DNA from: Chrysemys picta bellii
Taxonomy: Eukaryota
Assembly (NCBI RefSeq): GCF_011386835.1
Contig: NC_088808.1
Location: 20,088,001 to 20,152,000 of the forward strand
Length of the DNA stretch: 64,000 nt
Direction of reading: 5' to 3'
Below are positions 47,130 to 60,300 of this stretch, in pieces (the stretch's first letter is position 1; every line of letters starts with the position of its first letter). The translations under genes and the position numbers were made by a program. The notes beneath the pieces were generated by a model. It saw nothing but the letters and a program-made list of their open reading frames with translations. It did not search any database and was not told the origin of the DNA.

Positions 47130-48310
47130 GCCGGGGAGCGGTGGGCCCCGCCTTCAGGCCAGACAAATGAAATCACAGCAGGACTAGCGGCCTCCTGGGG
47201 GCAGCAAGCGCCTGCCCGGTCATATGAGCCCTGGGGTCCAGTTCTGGCTGTGCGGCCGGTTACCATGTGTGGGGTGAGGCAGCCACCTCCATCCCCTACC
47301 TTCGCTATGGAACGGGGCGGGGTGAGGAAGGCGGCCGAGAAAAGCGTGGCCGCTCCAGAGCCGCTGGCCAGGTCCCCTCTGCTCTGGCTACAGGGCCGGC
47401 CGAGCCCCTGCTGTTCCGCCCCCCAGGGTGCCTCGTGCCGCCTCCCTAGACACGCGGGAGCCCTTGGCCGCCCTAGACCGGAAGGAGCCTGGGGCTAGAG
47501 GAAACGTGCTGGGCCACCGCCGCCTCTCGGCCCCGCCGTGACCGCCTCAGCCCCGTCACGTGTCGGAATTCAGCCAATCAAACAAGTCTCCTGCGGGTTA
47601 TGAAAAATACCGCGGCACGTGATTCCTCAGCCCGGTCGAAAAGCCACCTCCCTCGGCACGTGACAGCGGTACTCCCCCCTGGCACGTGATACCGGCCGCC
47701 CAATCAGGTTCGCTCCTGGGAGAGGTGCTCGTCTCCTAGGCACTACGAGGGCGGAGCTCGCGCGGCTGCAGGCCCGGGAGGCGCTGAGGGAGTCTCGCCT
47801 TCGCCTCCCGCAGCCCTCGGGGCGCCGCCGCCGCCGCGGCTATGGCCCATTACCTGGGCCCGGCTGGGGACCTCCTGCGGGAGCGCGGTGAGGGGCAGGG
47901 ACGCGGGGTGGGGGCCGGCTGGTTGTGGGGCTCGGGCTTGTACCTGGGCTGGCTCCGCAGGGCGGGCGCCTGGCAGTTACCTGGGGGACGTGCTCTGGGG
48001 GTGGGGTCTGCAGGGGACTTTCCCTGCGGCCGTTCACCTGGGACACCTGCAGCCCCCCTCCCGTCCCTGGTGGAGAATGGGGGAGGCGCTGCTCTGATTC
48101 CATGTGTTGTCGCTGACTCGGCTGTATCTCTCTCTCTCTCTCTCAGGAGTCATGTCGCCTGTGGATTTACACGCCGAAAGAGAGAAAATCCGGCGGGAAA
48201 TAGAGGAGTTAGAAAAGAGCTTGGACCCCAGTATCCCCAGTATCGAAGTCCTTGTGTCGGATTCCAGCCTGGACGCGGATTCTGACGTAGGTCCGTTCTC
48301 ACGGCGTGCA
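47130..48310 (+). promoter_or_regulatory. SNAPC4: CpG island / SNAPC4 promoter with four CACGTG E-boxes (47557, 47616, 47657, 47683) and CCAAT boxes (47574, 47700); exon 1 ends at 47887
   Basis: Motifs read directly; donor CGCG|gtgagg; exon 2 acceptor after a (TC)n tract at 48146/48147. Confidence 0.85.
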
Positions 48311-51300
48311 GTTATTTCTCTGATCGTTACTATACTTCTGCCCAAAAGATGTGTCCTGCAGTGTCTAGACACTGATACGAAAGACAGTGGCTTTATCTCC
48401 TAGTTACATCGGATTTCTGTGCAGAGCTTAAATGTTGTCACAGTGTTTTCTGCTAAAAACTGCTGTCTGTGCGTGCTTTATAATTTATGAAAGGCTTATT
48501 TGGTACCTTGGGAGAGAATTAAATGTGACGTTTGTTTCTTGTAGGGTGCTAGAAATCCAGTCGTTATCCCATTTATCCTGAAGTGATCAATTGAAAACTT
48601 TAAGAATGTTAGGGGCTTGCTTGCATATTTTTAAAATCACCTTTTATTGTATATAAAAGAGCTTTAGATTCATATATTTTACAGATAGAAGGGACTGTCA
48701 CGATCGTCTAGTCCGACCTCCTGCATAGCATGGGCTCAAGAACCCTTCTTAATAATTCCTTCATGAAGCCTGTAACTTCTGTTTGAGATATAGCGTAGCT
48801 AAATGAGAACAGTCCTCTCTTCCATGATAAACTCGGTGGGATTTGAACATGACACTTTCTACTTCTCTACTAAGCAATTGCACCTGTGTTATAAGCATCC
48901 CTATAAAATGAATATTATGCCATCTGCTTTTGCTATCAAATTGTAGTCAGATACCTGTGGTTTTTATTGCATCACGTTACTTAGATAAGAATCTTATTTC
49001 TGTGGCTTCTGTCCACGAAGAGCACACATTACATCATATCAGCAGTAAATACAACTGTACTGTATTTTATATAATGTCCAAATTCTACCATAGTGCTTTA
49101 AAGCTAAAGAAAAGGGAGTGAGGAATAGGTAAAGGGGAGTAATAAACACTTGAAATGAATTCAAGACTTGGTCAGGAAGAGGGTTACAAAAAAGCTTTTT
49201 CCAAATTGTGGTGTCTTCTGAGGAGAAGGTTCTTGTGCCAGCAGTTGCCAGGTTTTGTGATGAGACAGTTGAAGTGGGCAGTAGTTGAGAGGGAGGGGAT
49301 TAAGGAGGCCCATGATCTGCCAAGTGGGCTGGAACCAGTCAGTTGAGTGTGTTACAAACAAGGAGGGCAATATTGAACTGGCTCATGGATTCAAACTACT
49401 ATTTTGGAGTGTTGTCAAAAGCTAAATCAAGCAGGTGTGAACAGTCATTTTTTTTGTATTCGTAACTGGGGTGGCCATGTCTGTTCAGTGCAGCACAGAC
49501 ACACAAACCATCTGTCTTAACCTGCATCTACCTGCATTTGTGTGGTGAGACATCCCTTTAAAAAAAAACTGCAAAAAGTCTTAAGCCACCAGCTGCTAGT
49601 CTTGGTGATCACTGTGCACGTTCCTTCATTTTACTGTGCCCCAATTCTCCACATACCCAAGTACATGCTTACCTTTAGTAGTCTTATTGAGAACAAAAAT
49701 GGAAGCTGTATTTACTGCCGAAGTCTGTGGGACTACTCATGTGCTTCTAAAGTTAAGCACATTCTTAAGTGTTGAAGGATTGGAGTCCTAGTCTGCTTGG
49801 TTCTGCACCCTGGATTATTTGTTTGTGTTGCTCACCGTAGGAACTGAGACATAGCTTAATTGCAGCTCTAGTTGTTTAGAGAGGTTCTTTCATTCTCCAA
49901 AGCGCAAAAAAAAAAAAGTCAGTGAATGGTGATTGATCAAAGTTTGGTCTTGGCAACCTTAACAGTGGCCTAGAATGTTGTTGGGTCAGACTTAAGAAAT
50001 TATGTATTGTTCTGTTTTCTTGTGGTCATCTTAGCTGGAAAGCTTTTGATTTCAAAGCTATTGTCATCTTTACATAAGAACGGCCATACGGGTCAGACCA
50101 AAGGTCCATCTAGCCCAGTATTCAGTCTTCCAACAGTGGCCAATGCCAGGTGCTCCAGGGGGAATGAACAGAACAGGTAATTATCAAGTGGTCCATCCCC
50201 TGTCGCCCATTTCCAGCTTCTGGCAAACAGAGGCTAGGGACACCATCTCAGCCCATCCTGGTTAATAGCCATTGACGGACCTATCCTCCATGAACTTATC
50301 TAGTTCTTTTTTGAACCCTCTTATAGTCTTGGCCTTCACAACATCCTCTGGCAAGGAGTTTCACAGGTTGACTGTGCGTTGTGTGCAAAAATTACTTCCT
50401 TTTGTTTGTTTTAAACCTGCTGCCTATTAATTTAATTTGGTGATCTCTAGTTCTTGTGTTATAAGAAGGAGTAAATAACACTTCCTTATTTACTTTCTCC
50501 ACACCAGTCATGATTTTATAGACCTCTGTCATATCCCCCCTTAGTCGTCTCTTTTCAAAGCTGAAAAGTCCCAGTCTTATTAATCTCTCTTCATACATAA
50601 GCCATTCCATACCCCTAATGATTTTTGTTGCCCTTTTTTGAACCTTTTCCAATTCCAGTATATCTTTTTTGAGATGGGGTGACTACATCTGCACGTAGTA
50701 TTCAAGATGTGGGCGTGCTGTGAATTTATATATCTTTTCCCGTAATAAAATTTTTTTTTGTACTTCTATTTCTAACAGATGATCTGGACGATGATGATTC
50801 AGATGCCCATATGGAAATGGTAATTCATCTTACTTAAAATGCATCATCCAATCTTTCTGCTGATGGGGGAAGAACAGACAGGATTTTGTATGTCTGTAGG
50901 AGGCTTTTCACATTTTTGCATCTAAAGGGAAATTTTGCACCTAAAAAGGGAAACGTTATTGCTAAAATTTTCATTTTTACAAGTCCTGTTACTGTTTTTT
51001 TTCTTTAGAAAAATAAAACATTTTAATTAGAGATAATGTTTCCTAGAACTCAGGTAAGAGTATTTAAAAATATTTGTATAACAGAGCACATACAAAGGGA
51101 ACTTTCTTTGTGGGTCAGATCCAGTTGATGTCATTGCAGGGCTCACTGACTAGTTAGATGTTTGAATGTAGTGCATTTGCAAAAACAGAGCTGTGTTTCA
51201 CCCATAATGTTTTTATTGAGTAGTTCATACAAAACTATCTCTAGACACTCTAGAAATCATGCAGTTGGGGATAAATAACAGCAAAGAGGGAGAAATGAGA

Positions 51301-54300
51301 TGAGTCCGGAGTGTAGTTCTGGAGGCTAGGTCATTCAGCAGAGGAGAAGGCCCTGGCATCAACAGCTGCAAAATTGTGAGACTGGCCAGAGAAGAGACAA
51401 GTACTAAGGGCCTGACACTGCACCTATAGAAGCCAGTAACTAGATTCCCATTGACTTCAATGGCAGTAAATTCAGGTCCAAAATCAGCAGAGGAAAAGGG
51501 AGAGGGCAAATAGACAAGGTTCATAATGCTCTCATTGCCAACATTAAAGAGGACAGCCAGGTTAGAGATGCACAGTTGTTTTCAGAAGGATTCACACAAG
51601 ATTCCTGACATTAATGGTAGTGGCTAGTTAAATAAAAATCACTGTCTGCTCAAAGCAAGCTTGGCTCTCTTCCTTTCTGTCTGCTTAAATCACATTTATT
51701 TCACCTCACATCAGGAAGTAGAGAAAGAACGGGGCAGTAGTGATGACGACGACATTGATAACAACCTCCCAGCGGACCCAGAAACGTGTTTACAGATGAA
51801 CCTGGTCTATCAGGAAGTTATTCAGGAAAAGCTAGAGGAAGTCAACCTTCTGATCGCACAAAACAAAGAACAGCAGGTAGGTGGAACTTGGGAAAAATGT
51901 TCCTTAGTGCACGGTTGGGGTGTGATTTTTCTACCATTCATATCAATGGGGGAAGAAGTTGTGTGGATGTTTTTTAAATGGGAGTAAATTTGAGTCCTTG
52001 AATTGTGATTTATTTGGTATGAATCATTTTTCAAATCTCTGGAACTTTGAAGATTTTATCAAGTAACAGCGGAGGGCAGCATGATCTGCAAAGTAAAGGA
52101 ATCCTATTGATTTTGTTTATATTCCAAGAGCCTGATCCTGGGAATCATATGAGCGGCTCCATTAATTTCAGTGGAACTGCTTATGGATTGTAAGGACTGG
52201 CAAGATCAGGCCCTAAATCTGGGTTTAAAATGACTTGAAAAACCTAATATGAAGAGAAACATTTTTAATGAAATCCTGTTTTAGGGGCCTGTTTTCACTG
52301 GGTTATTTAAAAAAAAAAGGGCATTCAATTGATGAGTTACAAACTTCCAAGCAGCATTTTCCTAATGTAGGAGAATCACTAACATTACAGTAAAAATGAA
52401 GCTAAAGTGAGTGAAGCTTAAAAAAAAATAGAGCATCAATGTGAGAGGTAAACTAGATTTTTATTATAACTGGTGCCATGTGGGTAAGGAGTTTCTTTTT
52501 CAAGTAGATTGCACTGAAGTTTTCAGAAATAACACATTGATGGGCCCTATGGATAAAGCTAAGATAGGGATATTAATCTTCACAATGCAAACAGGCTTTT
52601 TTGGTGGTTTTCTATTATTACAGCAAGTTGCTCGTGTCTCTGTTTTGCATTGGTCCACTTGGCAGTTACATAGGAAATTTTCCAGGTTGCAGAAACTACA
52701 TTTAAAAGATCCGCTTTATATATAGTCTGATGGTGCAAGGTAATTGGGGCTTCGCCTGGGATATGCATAACAGCAGGGCCACTGGCTGAGTTTGAGGTGG
52801 GATCATTTAAAAGTCTCAGTGATGTGTATGGTTTTCAATTAATGATTGTATTGCAGAAAGAAATTATGTGTGAGGTTGGTGGTCCAAAGATGACGAAGGT
52901 AGGAGATGGTAAACTTTTACCATTGAATATGTTTTTGGGCCATTTTATGAAGCCGTACTTCAAGGATAAAGTATCGGGAATTGTAAGTATAACTAAATGC
53001 ATACTGCGCTCATTATTCCGGTGTCATTTAACCTTAATTTGTTACTTACACTCCCTCTTGAGATGAACATTAAGGTCACTGCATCTGTTTTCAGTGTGGT
53101 GGGTTTTTTTTTTTTTTTGGCCTGATTTGAGATACAGACTTAGCTTATTGATTGCTTGCTTGCTACCTTTTTGCCTATCAGACTCTTCAGATCTAAAAGG
53201 GGGGGCTGGCTTACACAGCATCCAGAAAACAAAGGCGTGCCTTTAAAATATGTTCATAACCATTTTGTTATAAAATGCATGTGGCCTGGAAGAGGATTCT
53301 AGGTAATAGCATGGAAATCTACCCACCAAACTTTCTAGGCACAGCACAGTATGATGTCAGGCAAGTGACAAGCTGTGACTTCTGTTTGTTACCTCATCTT
53401 CCCAGCCCAACCCCCACTGTCTGTTTCACCCACCTGTTGCATCCCGGCTGTCATGTAAACTGAGTTCTTTGGGGCAAGGGCTGTCATCTGTTGCATAAGA
53501 ACAGCCATGCTAGGTCAGACCAGTAGTCCATCTAGCCCAGTATCCTGTCTTCCAACAGTGGCCAGTGCCAGGAATGAACAGAACAGGGCAATTATCAAGT
53601 GATCCGTCGCCTGTTTTCCAGTCCAAGCTTCTGGCAGTCAGAGGCTGGGGACACCCCAAGCATGGGGTTGCATCCCTGACTGTCTTGACTAATAGTCATT
53701 GATGGATCTATCCTCCAAGAATTTATCTAATTCTTTTTCGAATCCAGTTATAGTTTTGGCCTTCACAACCTGACAGTGGCACAGTTACTTGTCTTAGCCC
53801 ACTAGGGCCTGACCTTGGTCATGGTTACTGTAATACAAATAAGTGCTCTTTGTTTATTAATCCTTATCCAAAATGGTCACACAGCTTTTTGAATTGGAGT
53901 GGGCAGGTGTCACATGTAAACCATTACCCAAAGCGCTCTTCCACCCAATTCCCAGCTGGTGCGAGACACTCAACATGGATAAGTGGATTGAGCTCTGGGT
54001 AGAAAGAAAGGAACTCCAGAGCGCTCACCTTAGCTGTGCCACTGACTTGCTCGGTAGTCTTTGGCAAATCACTTAACTTCTCACTCCCTTAGGTTCCCTA
54101 TCTATAAAATGGGAATAAAACTGCTTGCATGCCCATCCCTCATGGAGTTCCTCTGAACTAGAGTTTGTAAAGTGCCCTGTGCAGTGGGAGAGTGCGAATG
54201 CACAGTCTTCAGTTAGTCTGTTTTATAGCAGTGCTGGTGTCAGAGCTCTGGGAATGAGCTGAATTCTCAATCAAAATGTAACATCTGTGCTGTTTCTAAC

Positions 54301-57300
54301 ATCTCTTGTCTTTGCTAGGGCCCTCCTGCCAATGAAGATACCCGAGAAAAGACAGCACAAGGCATAAAATCCTTTGAGGAACTGCTTATAAAAAAGTGTA
54401 AGAAACCTCCTGTCTGTGTGCGCTGCTCCAACTTCTATAATAGGCTTGGCAAACTCATTGAGGTTTTCTGCATCCTCTTCCTCCTTGTTTTTCTTCAGTG
54501 TTCACACTGTTATGCGTTGAAGCCACTAATGGTGCAGACGCTAAAAGTAAATGGGACTGCTCTGAATTATGCTAAACTCCGCTAGCCTTGAATGTTGGCC
54601 TGGCTGATGGTTTCACGGCTCTTCCCTTCCCTTGCATCTGCCCTGATGCATTGCATGTTAAATTGTGCAGCCGTCCTATTAGCTCACACAAGCTAAGCAG
54701 GGTCGTGCCAGGTCAGTACTCAGATGACAGCACCTAGGTGTTATGGAATTGGTGCTGGGAATGCAGTAGGCGACGCTCTTCCATGAGCTGGATCTCGCAT
54801 CAAGTTAGCAATGGAACCAGGAATAGAGCCCAGATTTCCTGCTTCTAGGCACAGAGGGAACCAGCAACAATCCAGGCATAATGCAGGTGGATCTTTCCAA
54901 GAGACCCTGGAGATACTTTAAAGTGGTGGTTGAAGTCAATGGGTTTGCTTATTGGAGGTGGCCTTGTATTAGTGACTTTGGTGTCCTCATCTGTGTTTTA
55001 TCCCCAGGGAAAAGCAGAGAGAAGAGCCTGCTGAACAAATCGGTAATAAGTGACCGTTTGCAGCGTCTGCTTCAGCCAAAGTTACTGAAGTAAGCAAAGC
55101 ATAAGAAGTTCCATCGCTGCTGATGAGACAAGTGTATTCTAGGATTTGATGGCTGGTTAGGCAGTGGGGAGGAGAGTGACTAAGAGCTGGTATCATTCTC
55201 AAGTGCATGCCTTGGCACAGTTACCGCCACCTGCAGTGGGGTTACAAAGCACAGCAGGGAGAGGGTTGTGTGTTTGGGCCTGGGATGGTCAGCCTGTGCC
55301 AGTAGGGAGCATTGGTCAAGATATGAATGACTTAGTGATTATATTGCAGGTAATCAGCAGGCTGGGAGTTCACTTTTATACCTCAAAAGTACCAAGACAC
55401 TTCCTAGCCATCCAGCCCTTTCCATTAATATAATCGTAAGGCCTAAAATCCTATTTCCGGGACTGCGACATTTAGGTTTGGAGGGCTACCGTGTAGCCTT
55501 TGAGCCCTAGCTGTGCATCCTAGAATAAACTGAACAGCCTGGAGACAGATTCTTGTTCCTACTCAGTATCATCCGGCACTTGGCTCCTGGGGGGATATGG
55601 CTTGTCTGAACGGACCTGGCACGCTTCTCTGTGTCTGCAGCCGCAGCAGCCATTGCAGATCCTCTTAGATCCAACTTGCGGGAGGTGGGGAAAGCACTTG
55701 GTCTGTCACCTGTTCTGTAGATTCGCACTTGGTATAGATGAGGAGGCAAAGCATGAGCAGTGGGTCTGCTATGTGGAAGTGTCTGGTTGGGGGCTGTTTT
55801 CTGGAAGGTGGGGACAAATGCAACGCGTTACGTGGATTTTGAAATAAGCTCTGTGGAATAAGGATGGCCGAGGAAAGAACCCAGCTTTTGGGCCTGCCAG
55901 CTTTAACGCTATTTTATAATACTTACCCTTGCTTCTGTTTAGCTGTGTTTAATAATCTTGGAAATGTCCTTAAACAGGCTCAGCTATTTGAATCAGAAAC
56001 TGGAAAAAGCCAAGAATGAAATGGAAAAGAAGATTTTGGAAAAGCAAGTCAAAGAAGCAGAGCGTGAAATAGAGGAGATCAAGTGAGAGGATTTATATTC
56101 TGGGTGAAGTGAACACTACCTCTTCTAGGGATTTTTTTCCCCCCTTAAAGACATTTTGTAAAGCTCAAATACCAACAGACTTAAGCCGGGAAAACCTTGC
56201 CTTATTCTGGCTTGCAAACGATTCCAAAAACAGTGTTCAAACCTTGCAGTGTTGTCCCAGAGCCCTCACTCCTCAATTATTCGGTAGCAGTGTTGTAGAG
56301 TGTTTTGGGTATTAATATGCAAATATAGGCATCCTGCTTTGTTTAATAACTTCTGCTGCCAGTACTGAAGTGCTGCAAGCAAAAGCTGTTGGTTTAGCTG
56401 CGTTGAGGTTAGGAATTCAGAGCCATTTGTAAAGCTTTGGATGTACTGACATGTTCTGTCTAGTATCAGAGGGGTAGCCGTGTTAGTCTGAATCTGTAAA
56501 AAGCAACAGAGGGTCCTGTGGCACCTTTGAGACTAACAGAAGTACTGGGAGCATAAGCTTTCGTGGGTACGAACCTCACTTCTTCAGATGCAAGTAATGG
56601 AAATCTCCAGAGGCAGGTATAAATCAGTGTGGAGATAACGAGGTTAGTTCAATCAGGGAGGGTGAGGTGCTCTGCTAGCAGTTGAGGTGTGAACACCAAG
56701 GGAGGAGAAACTGTCAGTTCTCTAGCAGAGCACCTCACCCTCCCTGATTGAACTAACCTCGTTATCTCCACACTGATTTATACCTGCCTCTGGAGATTTC
56801 CATTACTTGCATCTGAAGAAGTGAGGTTCTTACCCACAAAAGCTTATGCTCCCAATACTTCTGTTAGTCTCAAAGGTGCCACAGGATCCTCTGTTGCTTT
56901 TTACATGTTCTGTATAGTGCATTTCAGAATTGTAGAGTTAAACTTCTTTACAACCAGCATCAAGGATGCATGTGTGCTAAGGTACATGTGTGTGTGAATG
57001 TGAATTCAAATAGGTGCCATTTGGGCTTGGTTAATTTTTATAATTTAGACATTTGTAGCCAGCACTTTTCTGTATTCCTGTCATTGCCCCTATTGCAAAG
57101 TATATTAATGTGTCACTTTAGGGCATTGCCACGTCTGGGTGCTGTGAAGGGAAAATACAGTTTATACACAGGCTAAGTTACTGTCTTAGTGAGAGACCCT
57201 CTAAATTCCATAAGAGGATTTAGACACGAGTCTGTTATACAGTAGGTGTATTACAGCTTTGGCAGCTGTATACTAAGGGAGTTAAATAGTGTGTGTACCT

Positions 57301-60300
57301 ATTATTATTTAGCCCTGGTCATGGACTGGTCCCCATTGTGCTAAACACAACATGTTCTGTTAATTTCAAAGAGTTGAGGATTTTCTCCAAGGGACCTGTG
57401 GGGTTTAGGGAACCAACTTCCATTGAAATTCAGAGAGACTTGGGAGCCTGAAGCCCTTAGATCCCTTTGTCTTAATTATAGAATGATTTCCAGTCTCATG
57501 TTGCTTCAGTCCCATACAACCTGTCTTGTGACCTAACAAACACAAGTGCTTATCTTCACTTGCTGTTTGCTGGTGGCCCTTGATGCTACAAAGGAAGGCT
57601 CTGTCCCTAGAAAGACTGTACTGTGCAGGTGTGCCAGGGTGGGAGAGGGAAGGCAAACAGCTGAAGCAAATGCCAGTGTCCGATCATGTTAACAATGATT
57701 AAGAGCCTGATCCTGTGAATTGCTGAGTCTCTACATTTCCCATTGAAGGCAATGAGATTTGGAGGTGTATAATGCTTAGCAAGATTAGGCATAGAAAGAG
57801 ACCCAATGGTTGATGTGATCATTCCTTCCTCCCCCTGCTTTAGCCATCTGCCAGAGGAGGCCTTATTAGGAAACAGACTGGATGAGCACGACTGGGAGAA
57901 GATTTCCAACATCAATGTAAGTTGGTAGAGCAATTACTTAGACCCAGATTCTATCTCCCTTCCTCTGCAAGTTGCCCCATTGATTTCAATGGGACTAGTT
58001 GTGAAATAAAGAACTACTTTGGGTGGACAAAGGAGATAGAACCCAGCCTTTAACACTTCACACTTTTTTCAAAGGACTGAAACCCAAACCCTGATTAACT
58101 TCCAAATATCCATCTGTTTCAAAGGGGGAGGGGACAGGTTTGAGACTTGGCATTGTGGAAGGGATTCAAAAATTAGATGCTATTGGAAAATACCCAACTC
58201 TTTACGCAAAGATTAACAGCAAAATATATTTGAAAATTTATTGAGGAAATAAGCCTTTTGCATCAATCTCACTCAATTTGCTAGGATATTTCAGTAATGT
58301 CCTCAAGGCAGAGCCAATTTGTGTTGTTTCTCTTAGTTTGATGGAAGTCGCAACGCAGAAGAGCTGAGGAAATTCTGGCAGAACTGGGAGCATCCAACCA
58401 TCAACAAGAGAGAGTGGAATGAAGAGGAGATAGAGAAGTTAAAGGAAATAGCTGCGAAACATAATTGTCTGGACTGGCAAACTATAGCCCAGGAGCTTGG
58501 GGTAAGGTGCTTGCCACTATGAACTGAATATTTATTTGAGACCCAGGGTTAGACTTGAAAATAATGCAGTCACTGCTTCTAGCCACTTCTCAGCACTGGG
58601 TGTACTGTGGGGTGCTGTTTTGAAAAAGGAAGTTCATTGTAGTGCTCAGGAAATGGATAAACCAAGTGAGTCCTAGCAAGGCATAGTGCAGGCAGGTGCC
58701 GTATGCAGACCTCCCCACACATACTCCTCCAGGTAAGACACCAGTTGGGTACTAGCATTGCATCAAAGGAATAGTTCTGCTAGAACATCCAGCAGAGGTG
58801 AGGTTGAGATCACCATACTCCTGGTGATCTCAACCTCCTGGCACTTATAACTAAAGTCAGAGATGAAAGACAGGGGTATTTGCTCTTGGGAAATTTTCTC
58901 TTTACTGTATACCCTCTTGCTGCTTGAGGAAAACGTAAGCCAGAAATCCTGCTCATGAATGCTTTTGTGAGAAACACTCGAGGGAGCATAACCAAAACCT
59001 CTTAACTTGTTCACTTTCTAGAAGTTGAAGCAACCAGAAAAACGTTTCCCTTCTTGAGACTCTAGTGAATGTGGGTTTTATAAACATTTTATAGGCATGT
59101 CAACACACTCTCCAATCTATGCGGGACACTTTTCCAGGCGCTGCCAATTGAAAGCTAACAGTGTAACTGCCCCACTTGGGTGGCAATAACTTGCCATTTG
59201 TGCAGCAGCAGGGAACTCCTTGCAGCACGGTGTCCAGTTCCAGTGTTGACACATTAAAAAAGATGTCATAAAATTGGAGAGGGTTGAGAAAAGAGCCATG
59301 AGTCATGGTCTGGAAAACCTGCCTTGCAGGTAGAGGCGTAAGATGAATTTATTTAGCTTGTCATAGAGAAGGTTAAGTGGTGACTTTGATCAGTTTATGT
59401 GGGGAGAAGAGTTCTGGAAGATGGCTCTTTAATCTAGCAGGCAAAGACATAACAAGATCAAGTGGCTGGAAGTTGAAGCTAGGCAGATTCAAAGTGAGAA
59501 ACAAGGCACAACTTTTTAACAGGGAGGGTAATTTACCAGTGGGACAATTTACCAAAGGATGTGGTGGATTTTCCATCACTTGAAGTCTTTCAATCAAGTT
59601 CGAATGTCTCTTTAACAGATGCTTTAGCTCAACCACAAAGTTGGGGCTTGATGGAGAAATTGCTGTGAAGCTCTATGGCCTGTGTTGTGCAGGAGGTCAG
59701 ACTAGATGACCATAATCTGCTCTTCTGGCCTTTGTGAAAGGAAGAAAGATAATGAATCAGTGAGAACTGGTGTTGGACCATTAATTGACAATGATTATAA
59801 TCACTTCACTGTCATCTGGTGCTCCCCTCTGTTTGCTGTATACACTTGTTATCTTGCTTGTCTTAAACTTCAGTTATAAGCTCTTTGAGTAGGGACTGTC
59901 TTTTCATTGTGTGTAGTGCTTAATACAATTGAGCCCTGGTCCCTGACTGGCACTACCGCAGTATTAATAGTACTTAAAAGGACTGGATTTGAACCACCAC
60001 AGGTTCATGCCAGAGCCAGATTGAGTCAACCCTCTGTCTTTCCTAGGTCAAAATGCCCCCAGTGTTCTAAGTAACTTTTTGTTCTTTTTATTAAGACAAA
60101 TCGAAGTGCATTCCAGTGTCTGCAGAAGTTTCAAGCTTACAACAAAGACTTCAAGAGGAAAGAATGGACAAAGGAAGAGGACCAGATGCTCCTACAGCTC
60201 GTTCAAGAAATGAGAGTAGGAAGCCACATACCTTACAAGAAAAGTAAGTGATCTCCAAGGCTTGTACTCAGAGTAAGTGATCCCTTGTACTCACAGAGCC

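Noticed and set aside
47040-48403. ORFs of 87-152 aa around the SNAPC4 promoter
   Set aside because: GC-rich low-complexity translations; the real coding parts are exon 48152-48290 and possibly 47842-47887.
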